DNA of 63,965 nt, the filler included, from Chiloscyllium plagiosum (lineage: Eukaryota): the NCBI RefSeq assembly GCF_004010195.1. It is 4 parts of one record of this genome, joined end to end, with 100 filler letters (N's around TTAATTAATTAA, not from the genome) between each part and the next. Parts side by side here need not be neighbours in the genome. Positions count along the whole stretch, not along the records: positions 49,685 to 59,518 come from NC_057716.1; positions 59,619 to 63,965 come from NC_057716.1; 2 more parts are not named here. One strand, given 5' to 3'. A program made the position numbers and the translations under genes. The stretch's first letter is position 1, and each line of letters starts with the position of its first letter. The notes beneath the pieces were generated by a model. The model searched no databases. It was not told where the DNA came from and saw nothing but the letters and a program-made list of their open reading frames with translations. Below are positions 49,685-61,204 of this stretch, piece after piece.

Positions 49685-50030
49685 CAGTTCCAGTTCCCTA
49701 ACTCGTTCTGTGAGATGCAGGATCTGACTGCATTTCCTGCAGACGAAGTCGGCAGGAATATCGGTGGTCACCCCTACCTCAAACATCCTGCAGGAGGAAC
49801 ATTCCACTGCCTGCGCTGCCATTACTCTACACTTCGTCTCCAAAACAAGAACACTGAGTAGCTTACCTGTGGACTTTAAAGTTAGGTTAGAGGAGGAGGA
49901 TGGGAGGGGGTCCCTACTATGTAGGGCCTGGGGTTTAGAACACACCCACTCAAATATCAATCACTTACCTTCCCGACCAGCTCTGCGCTCCAACCTCACT
50001 TCCGCCCAGCTCGCGCCACTCTCTGCTGTG
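49685..50030 (-). mobile_element. CR1 5' UTR and ORF1 N-terminus
   Basis: MAAQAVECSSCRMFEV...FVCRKCSQILHLTERVRELEL (C4 zinc finger plus coiled coil of CR1 ORF1). Confidence 0.8.
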
Positions 50031-52255
50031 AAATTTATTTCAATGCAAGGGGCCGAACAGGGAAGGCAGATGAATTCAGAGCATGATTAGGAACATGGGA
50101 CTGGGGAATCATAGCAATTACAGAAACATGGCTCAAGGATGGGCAGGACTGGCAGCTTAATCTTCCAGGATACAAATGCTACAGGGAGGACAAACAGGGA
50201 GGCAAGAGAGGAGAGGGTGTGGTGCTTTTAATAAGAGATAGCATTACAGCTGCACTGAGGGAGAATATTCCCGGCAATACATCCAGGGAAGCTATTGGTT
50301 GGAACTGATAAATAAGAAAGGGATGATCACCTTTTTGGGATTATATTATAGCCCCCCAGTAGTCAGAGGGAAATTGTGAAACAAATTTGCAAGGGCATTT
50401 CAGTTACCTGTAAGAATAATAGGGTGGTTATGGTAGGGGATTTTAACTTTCCAAACATAGACATTAAGGACGAAAGGGTAACTAGGGAGAGAATAGGGCC
50501 CCTCAAAGATCAGCAAGGTGGCCTTTGTGTGGAGCTGCAGGAGATGGGGAGACATTAAATGAGTATTTTGCATCAGTATTTACTGTGGAAAAGAATATAG
50601 AAGATATGGACTGGAGGGAAATAGATGGTGACATCTTGCAAAATGTCCATATTACAGAGGAGGAAGTGCTTGATGTCTTGAAATATATAAAAGTGGATAA
50701 AATCCCAGGATCTGATCAGGTGTACCCTAGAACTCTGTGGGAAGCAAGGGAAGTGATTGCTGGGCCCCTTGCTGAGATACTTGTATCGTCGATAGTCACA
50801 AGTAAGGTGCCGGAAGACTGGACGTTGGCTAATGCGGTGCCACTATTTAAGAAAGGTGGTAAGGACAAGCCAGGGAACTATAGACCAGTGAGCTTGACGT
50901 CAGTGGTGGGCAGGTTGTTGGAGGGAATCCTGAGGGACAGGATGTACATGTATTTGGAAAGGCAAGAACTGATTAGGGATAGTCAGCATGGCTTTGTGCA
51001 TGGGAAATCATGTCTCACAAACTTGACTGAGTTTTTTGAAGAAGCAACAAAGAGGATTAATGAGGGCAGAGCTGTAGACATGATATATATGGATTTAAGT
51101 AAGGCGTTCGACAAGGTTCCCCATGGGAGATTGGTTAGCAAGGTTAGATTTCACGGAATGCAAGGAGAACTAGCCATTTGGATACAGAACTGGCTAGAAG
51201 GTAGAAGACAGAGGAAGGTAGTGGAGGGTTGTTTTTCAGACTGGAGGCCTGTGACCAGTGGAGTGGTGCCAAGTCCACTACTTTTCATCATTTATATAAA
51301 TGATTTGGATGTGAGCATAAGAGGTACTGTTAGTATGTTTGCAGATGTGACCAAAATTGGAGGTGTAGTGGACAGCAAAGAAGGTTACCTCAGATTGCAA
51401 CAGGATCTTGATCAGATGGGCTGATGGGCTGAGGAATGGCAGAAGGAGTTTAATTCAGATAAATGCGAGGTGCTGCATTTTGGGAAGGCAAATCAGAACA
51501 GTACTTGTACATTTAATGGTAAGGTCCCAGGGAGTGTTGCTGAACAAAGAGACCTTGTCGTGCAGGTTCATAGCTCTTTGAAGGTAGAGTTGCAGGTAGA
51601 TAGGATAGTGAAGATGGCATTTAGTATGCTTTTCTTTATTGGTCAGATATTGAGTACAGGAGTTGGAAGATCATGTTGCAGCTGTACGGGACATTAATTG
51701 GGTGACTGTTGGAATATTGCGTGCAATTCTGGTTTCCTTCCTATTGGTAGGATGTTATGAAGCTTGCAGGAGTTCAGAAAAGATTTACAAGGATGTTGCC
51801 AGGTTTGGAGGATTTGAGCTATAGGGAGAGGTTGAATAGGCTGGGGCTGTTTTCCCTGGAGGTTCGGAGACTGAGGGGTAACCTTCTAGAGGTTTATAAA
51901 ATCATGAGTGGCATAGAAAGGATAAATAGAAAAAGTCTTTTCCCTGGGGTTGGGGAGTCCAGAACTCGAGGGCATAGGTTCAGGGTGAGAGGGGAAAGAT
52001 AAATAAGGGACCTAAGGGGCAATTTTTCACACAGAGAGTGGTATGTGTATGGATTGATTTGCCAGAGGAAGTGGTGGAGGCTAGTACAATTGCATCATTT
52101 AAAAGGCATTTAGGTGTGTCTGTGTGTAGGAAGGGTTTGGAAGGATATGGGCTGGGTGTTGGCAAGCAGGACTAGATTGGGTTGGGATATCTGGTTGGCA
52201 TGAACGAGTTTGACCGAAGGATCTGTTGTCATGCTATACATCTCTCTGACTCTCT
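50030..52255 (+). mobile_element. CR1 (HER1-like) LINE, endonuclease and RT, internal deletion near 50460
   Basis: AITETWL, VGDFNFPNI joined directly to IKDERVTRERIGP; 299-aa ORF 50525-51424. Confidence 0.92.
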
Positions 52256-52269
52256 TTGAGAAGGGGTGT

Positions 52270-53770
52270 TAGAACAAAGAACTATATAGCACAGTAACAG
52301 GCCCTTCAGCCTACCAAGCCTGCAACACATGGTACCTTTCTGAGCTAAAACCCTTTAGCCTCTACTACATCCCTATCCCTCTATTCCCTGCCTATTTATG
52401 TATCTGTCAAGATATCACTTAAACATCACTGTGGTACCTGATTCTCCTCTGGCAATGCATTCCCAAGTACTTTCCACCCTCTGTGTAAAGAACCTGCCTT
52501 CACATCTCCTGTAAGCTTTCTCCCTTTTACCTTAAAACTCCATACTCTAATAATTGACATTTCTACCATAGAGAAAAGATTCAACTATGCATTGAATCTC
52601 AAGTTTTGTAAACTTCTACCAGGTTGCCCCTCAGCCTGCAACATTCATGTTAGAACAAGCCAAATTTGACAAAATGTTCCTCATAGCTAATACCCTCCAA
52701 ACAAGGCATCATCCTAGTAAACCTTCTCTGTACCCTCACAATGTTCTGGTCGTGTGGTGACCAGAATTATGCGCAATATTCCAAATATGGCCTAATTAAA
52801 GTTCTATACAGCCGCAACATGATTGGCCAAATTTTATACTCTGTGCCCTGACCAATGAAGGCAAGCATGCCATACGCCTTCTTGACCAACTCTCAGGGAA
52901 CTGGATCTGTATGCCTAGATCCGTCTATGTTAATGGCTCTAAGAGTTCTGCCATTTGCTATATGCTTCCATCCTGCATTCGATCTTCCAAAATGCATCAC
53001 CTTGTTTTTGTCCAGATTAAATTCCACCGCCATGTATCCAGCCAAATCTCCAGTCTATCTATATCCTGTTGTATCACCTGACAATCCCCTTTGTTATTTG
53101 CAGCTACCACAAACTTTGGGTCATCTGCAAACTTACTAATCAGACCACCAACAATCTCCACCAATTCATTCATGTATATGACAAACAGGGCTCCCTGCAC
53201 TGGTCCCTGAGGAACACCACTGGTCACAGACCTCCAGTCAGAAAAATACCTTTCCATTATTACTCTGTCTTCTTTGACTAAGACCAAGATTCCATCTTAT
53301 CAGATCACCAAGGATCGCATATGACTTCACCTTTTGTATCAGCCCATCATGAGGGACCTTGTCAAAGACGTTGCTAAAGTGCATCTATACAACATCTGCT
53401 CTCCTGCCCTCAAACATTGTCACTTCCTCAAAAACTTCAATCAAGTTTGTGACTCATGACCTCACCCAGACAAAGCTGATAAGTCCATACATTTCCAAAT
53501 GTGAGTAAATCCTATCCCTAAGAAACTGCTCCAATAGTTTTCCTTACTGCTGATGCAAGGTAGTAGTGTGTAATTTCCCAGATTATTCCTGTTGCCCTTC
53601 TTAATCAAATGAAGGACATTGGCTATTCCCCAGTCCTCTGGCTCCTCTCCTGTGACTAAAGAAGATGTAAATATTTTGTACAAGGCCCCAGCAATTTCCT
53701 CACATGCCTCTCTCTGTATTCTAGATAGATCCCATCAGGTCTTGGGGATTTGTCTACCTTAATGCTTCTT
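52270..53770 (-). mobile_element. Degraded CR1 LINE
   Basis: SGVPQGPV, FADD, ANVLHLIKKG; TTGTTCT tail. Confidence 0.85.
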
Positions 53771-55185
53771 CACAACACCAGGTTACAGTCCAACAGGTTT
53801 ATTTGGAAGTACTAGCTTTCGCAGCACTATTTCTTCATCAGGTAGCTGTGGAGCAGAATCATAAGATATGGAATTTATAGCGAAAGATCTCAGTGTCATG
53901 CAACTGAAACGATATATTGAACAAACCTAGATTGCTGTTAAGTCTTTCACCTTATAGAAAGGGTTGCAGGTTTTGGATCATTAATATGTAAATCCCAGAA
54001 ACCGTAATGACCTCCTCAAGACACAGACGTCAGATATAACCAGTAGGATGCCCATTGTTGTCCAGTACTTCCCGGGAGCAGAGAAACTACGCCATGTTCT
54101 TCCCAGCCTGCAACACATTATTGATGAGGATGAGCACCTCACCAAGGCCTTCCCTATACCACCACTTCTCACCTTCAAAGAACCGTCGAACCTTAAGCAG
54201 ACCATTATTCGCAGCAAACTGCCCGGCCTTCAGGACCACATCGACCGCAATACCGTACAACCCTGTCATGGCAACCATTGTAAGACGTGTCAAAGGATAC
54301 CACCATTACATGTGGGGACACCACCGACCATGTATGCAGCAGGTACTCATGTGACACAGCTATCATAGTCTATCTCATACATTGCAGGCAAGGATCCCCT
54401 GAGGCATAGTACATTGGCGAGACCAAGCAAATGGTACAGCAATGGATGACTGGACATGGCACAGCAGTCGCCATGTAGGGATGTTCCCTCCTAGTTGAGG
54501 AACACTTCACGGTCAGGGACAATCGGCCTCAGATTTTCAGGTATCCATCTCCAAGGCAGACTTCGGGATACGCAACAACACAGAATGGCCAAGCAGAGGC
54601 CGATAGCCAAGTTCACTACCCATGAGGATAACCTCAATCGGCAACTTGGGTTCATGTCATACTACAGGTGACCCTACTATACTATCTACACACACAGAAG
54701 CACACATATACACTTAATCTCACATACTCACACTCACACAGACCCTTTCTCATACATGCTCTCAGATACATACACCCCCCACACTTAGACCCACACACAC
54801 CCTCTCACAGGCTTATACTCAGTTACACTCACACACACTTGTAAACACACACTCTCTCACATGCATGCACACGCAAGTCTATGGGGTGAATTTACATTTG
54901 CAGAATTGTAATTGCAGATACATTCCATTTTGTTCAAAAAACGCACAATCTGCAGACAGTCAATGCAAGCAGTCAATCCATGTAAAATTTTATAAATTCC
55001 TACTTTGGAAATAGAACCAGTCTGGCTCAAGATTGGGATAAAGACAGACCAATCACACTTTTAATGCATTGTCTGAGCTGAGATGTCACCTTTTTAGATA
55101 AAACCTTATGTCACCTCGAGAATGTGACTGGAAAGAAGTTCTGTGATTAAACATTAATGAACCGAAACCTGCAACCCATTCTAAA
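53770..55185 (+). mobile_element. Penelope-like element (second family): inverted terminal copy 53770-54005 and GIY-YIG region
   Basis: PIVVQYFPGAEKLRH..PLLTFKEPSNLKQ..CKTCQ, YIGETKQ; 53860-54003 is antisense-homologous to 55060-55170 and to 43990-44200. Confidence 0.82.
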
Positions 55186-55188
55186 AAA

Positions 55189-56270
55189 ATTGAATTGAAT
55201 TGAATTGAATTTATTGTCATGTGTACCAAGGCACAGTGAAAAGCTTTGTCTTGCGAGCAATACAGACAGATCACAGAGTTAAGTAGCATAGATAGTAAAT
55301 AATGGGTAAACAGCGGCATAAACAAAAACACAGCGACAGGCGAATGTTAAGAGTTTGTGAGTCCATTGAGTATTCTAACAACAGTAGTGTAGAAACTGTT
55401 GTGAAACCGGCTGGTGCGTGTGTTCAGGCTTCTGTACCTTCTCCCCAATGGTAGAGTTTGTAGAAAAGCATTGCCAGGGTGGGATGGATCTTTGAGAATG
55501 CTGGTAGCCCTTTGTTGGCAGCAGGCCTGGTAGGTGGATTCTATAGATGGGAAGTGGGCCTTTGTGATTGTCTGGGTTGAGCTCACCACTCTCTGTAACC
55601 GTCTCCGATCTTGAATGGTACAGTTGCTCTCAAAGGCGCACCTATAAAAGTTGGCAAGGCTATTCACCATCATGCCAAATTTCCTCAGCTGCCTGAGGAA
55701 GAGACATTGTTGGGCTTTCTAATCAGTATGTCCACATGAAGAGTTCAAGAAAGCTTGTTGTGGATGACCACTCCCACGAGCACAACCTCTGTGCTGTTAA
55801 TATGTAACATCCCGCCCAAAGTCAATAATGAGTTCCTTGGTTATGCCAGCATTGAGAGCTAGGTTGTTCTCAGTGCACCATTTTTCCAGGTCTTCCACCT
55901 CCCGTCTGTAGTCTGTTTTGTCACCATCTGAGATTTGACCAGCAAACGTGTAAATGGCATTAGTCTGGTATTTGGCGATGCAGTCATGGATATGCAGTGA
56001 GTACAGAATGGGGCTGAGTACGCACTCCTGGGGGGGCTCCAGTGTTGAGCGTTAGTGAGGATGACATATTGTCCCCAATCTTCACTGATTGTGGCCTGTG
56101 GGTCAGGAAACTGAGGATCCAGTTGCAGAGTGTGGGGCTTATTCCAAGGAGATATTAGTGTTGAAGGCTGAACTGTAGTCAATGAATAGATACTTTCATA
56201 GTTACCATGTTCTTGGTGTCAAGATGTTCTAGGGAGGAGTGAAGGGCAAGTGATATGGCATCTGACATGG
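55189..56270 (-). mobile_element. Rex1/Babar-type LINE 3' part
   Basis: ANFYRC..ES...RRLQRVV...ILKDPSHPG.AFLQ.LP.GRRYRSL.TRTSRF.NSFY; (CAATT)n tail at 55189-55211. Confidence 0.85.
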
Positions 56271-56273
56271 ATC

Positions 56274-57978
56274 GAGTCATAGAGATGTACATGGAAACAG
56301 ACCCTTCGGTCCAACCCATCCATGCCAACCAGACATCCCAACCCAATCTAGTCCCACCTGCCAGCATCCGGCCCATATCCCTCCAAACCCTTCCTATTCA
56401 TATACCCATCCAAATGCCTTTTAAATGTTGCAATTGTACCAGTCTCCACTACTTCCTCTGGCAGCTCATTCCATACACGTACCACCCTCTTGTGTGAAAA
56501 AGTTGCCCCTTAGGTCTATTTTATATCTTTCCCCTCTCAGCCTAAACCTATGCCCTCTAGTTCTGGACTCCCCAACCCCAGGGAAAAGACTTTGTCTATT
56601 TATCCTATCTATGCCCCTCATAATTTTGTAAACCTCTATCAGGTCACCCCTCAGCCTCTGCCGCTCCAGGGAAAACAGCCCCAACCTGTTCAGCCTCTCC
56701 CTGTAGCTCAAATCCTCCAACCCTGGCAACATCCNNNNNNNNNNNNNNNNNNNNNNNNNNNNNNNNNNNNNNNNNNNNNNNNNNNNNNNNNNNNNNNNNN
56801 NNNNNNNNNNNNNNNNNNNNNNNNNNNNNNNNNNNNNNNNNNNNNNNNNNNNNNNNNNNNNNNNNNNNNNNNNNNNNNNNNNNNNNNNNNNNNNNNNNNN
56901 NNNNNNNNNNNNNNNNNNNNNNNNNNNNNNNNNNNNNNNNNNNNNNNNNNNNNNNNNNNNNNNNNNNNNNNNNNNNNNNNNNNNNNNNNNNNNNNNNNNN
57001 NNNNNNNNNNNNNNNNNNNNNNNNNNNNNNNNNNNNNNNNNNNNNNNNNNNNNNNNNNNNNNNNNNNNNNNNNNNNNNNNNNNNNNNNNNNNNNNNNNNN
57101 NNNNNNNNNNNNNNNNNNNNNNNNNNNNNNNNNNNNNNNNNNNNNNNNNNNNNNNNNNNNNNNNNNNNNNNNNNNNNNNNNNNNNNNNNNNNNNNNNNNN
57201 NNNNNNNNNNNNNNNNNNNNNNNNNNNNNNNNNNNNNNNNNNNNNNNNNNNNNNNNNNNNNNNNNNNNNNNNNNNNNNNNNNNNNNNNNNNNNNNNNNNN
57301 NNNNNNNNNNNNNNNNNNNNNNNNNNNNNNNNNNNNNNNNNNNNNNNNNNNNNNNNNNNNNNNNNNNNNNNNNNNNNNNNNNNNNNNNNNNNNNNNNNNN
57401 NNNNNNNNNNNNNNNNNNNNNNNNNNNNNNNNNNNNNNNNNNNNNNNNNNNNNNNNNNNNNNNNNNNNNNNNNNNNNNNNNNNNNNNNNNNNNNNNNNNN
57501 NNNNNNNNNNNNNNNNNNNNNNNNNNNNNNNNNNNNNNNNNNNNNNNNNNNNNCAGTCTCCCATGGGGAACCTTGTCAAATGCCTTACTGAAGTCCATAT
57601 AGATCACATCTACTGCTCTGCCCTCATCAATCCTCTTTGTTACTTCTTCAAAAAACTCAATCAAGTTTGTGAGACATGATTTCCCACGCACAAAGCCATG
57701 CTGACTATCCCTAATCAGTCCTTGCCTTTCCAAATACTTGTACATCCTGTCCCTCAGGATTCCCTCCAACAACTTGCCCACCACAGAGGTCAGGCTCACT
57801 GGTCTATAGATCCCTGGCTTGTCCTTACCACCCTTCTTAAACAGAGGCAACACGTTAGCCAACATCCAGTCTTCCGGCACCTCACCTGTGACTAGCGATG
57901 ATACAAATATCTCAGCAAGAGGCCCAGCAATCACTTCCCTAGCTTCCCACAGAGTTCTAGGGTACACCTGATGAGGTC
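56274..57978 (-). mobile_element. CR1 (HER1-like) LINE spanning an N gap
   Basis: ORFs 56466-56732 and 57554-57967. Confidence 0.92.
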
Positions 57979-59200
57979 ATAGAACATAGAACATTACAGC
58001 GCAGTACAGGTCCTTCGGCCCTCTCGATGTTGCGCCGACCTGTCATACCAATCTGAAGCCCATCTAACCTACACTATTCCATGTACATCCATATGCTTGT
58101 CAAATGACGACTTAAATATACTGAAAGTTGGCAAATCTACTACCGTTGCAGGCAAAGCATTCCGTACCCTTACTACTCTCTGAGTAAAGAAACTACCTCT
58201 GACATCTGTCCTATATCTATCACCTCTCAATTTAAAGCTATGCCCCCTCGTGCTCACCATCACCATATTTGGAAAAAGGCTCTCCCTGTCCACCCTATCT
58301 AACCCTCTGATTATCTTATATGTCTCTATGAAGTCATCTCTCAACCTTCCTCTCTCCAACGAAAACAGCCTCAAGTCCCTCAGCCTTTCCTCGTAAGACC
58401 TTCCCTCCATACCAGGCAACATCCTAGTAAACCTCCTCTGCACCCTTTCCAAAGCTTCCACATCCTTCTTGTAATGCGGTGACCAGAACTGTACACAATA
58501 CTCCAAGTGCGGTCGAACCAGAGTTTTGTACAGTTGTAGCATAACCTCATGGTTCTGGAACTTGATCCCACTATTAATAAAAGCTAAAACACTGTGTGCC
58601 TTCTTAACAGCCCTGTCAACCTGGGTGGCAACTTTCAAGGCTCTGTGTACATGGACACCAAGATCTTTCTGCTCAACTACACTACCAAGAATCTTACCAT
58701 TAGCCCAGTACTTTGCATTCCAGTTACTACAACCAAAGTGAATCACCTCATACTTGTCCGCGTTAAATTCCATTTGCCATCTCTCAGCCCAGCTCTGCAG
58801 CTTATCTATGTCTCTCTGTAACCTACAACATCCTTCGTTACTATCCACAACTCCACCGACCTTAGTGTTGTCTGCAAATTCACTAACCCACACTTCTATC
58901 CCCTCATCCAGGTCGTTTATAAAAATGACAAACAGCAGTGGACCCAACACCGACCCTTGCGGAACACCACTAGTAACTGGACTCCAGGATGAACATTTCC
59001 CGTCAACCACCACCCTCTGTCTTCTTTCAGCAAGCCAATTACTGATCCAAACTGCTACATCTCCCACAATCCCATTCCTCCACATTTTGTACAATAGCCT
59101 ACTGTGGGGAACCTTATCAATCGCCTTGCTGAAATCCATAAACACCACATCATCAACCGGTTTACTCTCATCTACCTGTTTGGTCACCTTCTCAAAGAAC
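57978..59200 (-). mobile_element. Young CR1 3' part with uninterrupted 372-aa RT C-terminal ORF
   Basis: ORF 58069-59187 SGVPQGSVLGPLLF, FADNTK, LVRPHLEYCVQFWSP; TTCTATG tail. Confidence 0.93.
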
Positions 59201-59518
59201 TAGGGTAGGAATAGGTCCAGTCAAGGATAGTAGTGGGAAGTTGCGTGTGGAGGCGGAAGAGATTGGGGAGACACTGAATGAATACTTTTCTTCAGTATTT
59301 ACTCAGGACCAGGGCATTGTCGTCGATGTGAATACTGAGTCACAAATAAGTAGAATGGATGGCTTTGAGGTATGTAGAGAAGAGGTGTTGGAAATCCTGG
59401 AAAAGGTGAAAATAGATAAGTCCCCTGGGCCTGATGGCATTTATCCTAGGATTCTCTGGGAAGCAAGGGAGGAGATTGCAGAGCCATTGGCCTTGATTTT
59501 TATGTCCTCTTTATCTAC
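59201..59518 (+). mobile_element. CR1 ORF2 upstream segment in inverted orientation
   Basis: IGPVKDSSGKLRVEAEEIGETLNEYFSSVF...KSPGPDGIYPRIL. Confidence 0.85.
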
Positions 59519-59782
59519 NNNNNNNNNNNNNNNNNNNNNNNNNNNNNNNNNNNNNNNNNNNNTTAATTAATTAANNNNNNNNNNNNNNNNNNNNNNNNNN
59601 NNNNNNNNNNNNNNNNNNACCCCAGGGAAAAGACTTTACCTATTTACCCTATCCATGCCCCTCGTAATTTTGTAAACCTCGATAAGGTCACCCCTCAGCC
59701 TCTGACGCTCCAGGAAAAACAGCCCCAGCCTGTTCAGCCTCTCCCTGTAGCTCAGATCCTCCAACCCTGGCAACATCCTTGT

Positions 59783-59977
59783 AAATCTTTTCTGAACCCT
59801 TTCAAGTTTCACAACATCTTTCCGAGGACTGGGGTGGACAAACTCAGAAGCAACACCACACCAGGTTCAGTCCAACACAAAATCTTTTCTGAACCCTTTC
59901 AAGTTTCACAACATCTTTCCGAGGACTGGGGTGGACAAACTCAGAAGCAACACCACACCAGGTTCAAGTCCAACACA
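59783..59977 (+). repeat. ~97-bp direct tandem duplication spanning a CR1/Penelope junction
   Basis: aaatcttttctgaaccctttc...cagtccaacaca occurs twice in tandem. Confidence 0.85.
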
Positions 59978-61204
59978 TTTATTTGAAATCACAAGCTTTC
60001 AGACTGTAACCGGCTATCATGTGATTTCTGACATTACCTACAGCAGTCCGACACTGGCATCTCCACATCATAACAATCTGATAGTCTGATGTGCAATGCA
60101 TTTATCACTCCAGCACAACACATGGGCAATTTTGATAAGACTGCCATCAGTTTCCGTAACTCTGCTGTTCAAGAGACTCATTAACCAATTTCAAAAACTA
60201 AAAAACCCTTTAGATTTGCATCACTTGGCTAATGCATCTTATAATCCAAATCATACCCATTAGTAGCACATGAAAACTTGATTTTATTTTGCATTTTAAG
60301 GAAAGAGCATTTTGCATTTTGCTTTTATGTGTCCACCCTGATTTAGAATGATCAATAATTCCTGTCAGTTTGTGCTCTCCACTGAAGTCCTTTTCCATGT
60401 TGCAATCTCAATCCTTCAATCCTGTCTATTCATGTCCATCTGAAGATTTTACACCAAACAGCATCCAGTGGAGGAGCTGGGGGAGTACGGGGCACTGACA
60501 CTGTTACGATATATGGACAGGTTTGAGATAGAGGCTGTTCATGACAATGCACAGGCCATTGGTGACAAGACGTTGAAGTGACACCAGAAAGGATTTTATT
60601 CTCTGAAATGTAGATGGTCAGGGGATTCTAACAGAAACTTTCAAAACCAGGGGGGGAAAGATTATAATGTCAGAACCAGGAACAGGAGGATGATCATGAA
60701 ACAGAGAGAGGGAAGCTGGATTTGATTTTCCAGAGTGAATGATTAGTATAAAGAAGCAACACCACGCCAAGGCACCAAGACCAACTGGAACAACATTAAA
60801 ATTCAAAACACCACAAAAGCATAACCCGGGCTGTTGGCCGTGAGACAGGGTTACCAGGGGATTACAGCGAGCACAGCAAAAACCTGCAACCAGAAAGATA
60901 AGGATTCAGTCAACAGCCTTATTCCTGTGTGCGACTGGGAACAGGAGGAAATCATTCAAAACTAACACTCTGATAGCAAATACACCTTCCATCACATCAG
61001 GGGCTCCAGATCACTAACACCAAAGCAGAGCACTCGATGGGCCATTGGGTTCAGAATCAATAAAGTGTGGTGCTGGAAAAGCACAGCAGGTCAGGCAGCG
61101 TCCGAGGGGCAGGAGAGTCAATGTTTTGGGCAGAAGTCTGACCACTGTTCGATCCTCCTGTAACCCCCTCCAGCCCCTATACGCCTCCCTATCTCTGTCC
61201 CCAG

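Noticed and set aside
56550..57967. Long ORFs of 311-419 aa (also those at 34472-35116)
   Set aside because: Length comes from N runs; the real parts are CR1 or Penelope fragments.
58069..59187. 372-aa ORF as a host or domesticated gene
   Set aside because: Standard CR1 RT C-terminal half with 3' UTR and tail, 5' truncated; intactness reflects youth.
59783..59977. 97-bp tandem duplication as a functional repeat
   Set aside because: Near-identical copies close to a contig end and made of TE fragments; likely trivial duplication or assembly overlap.
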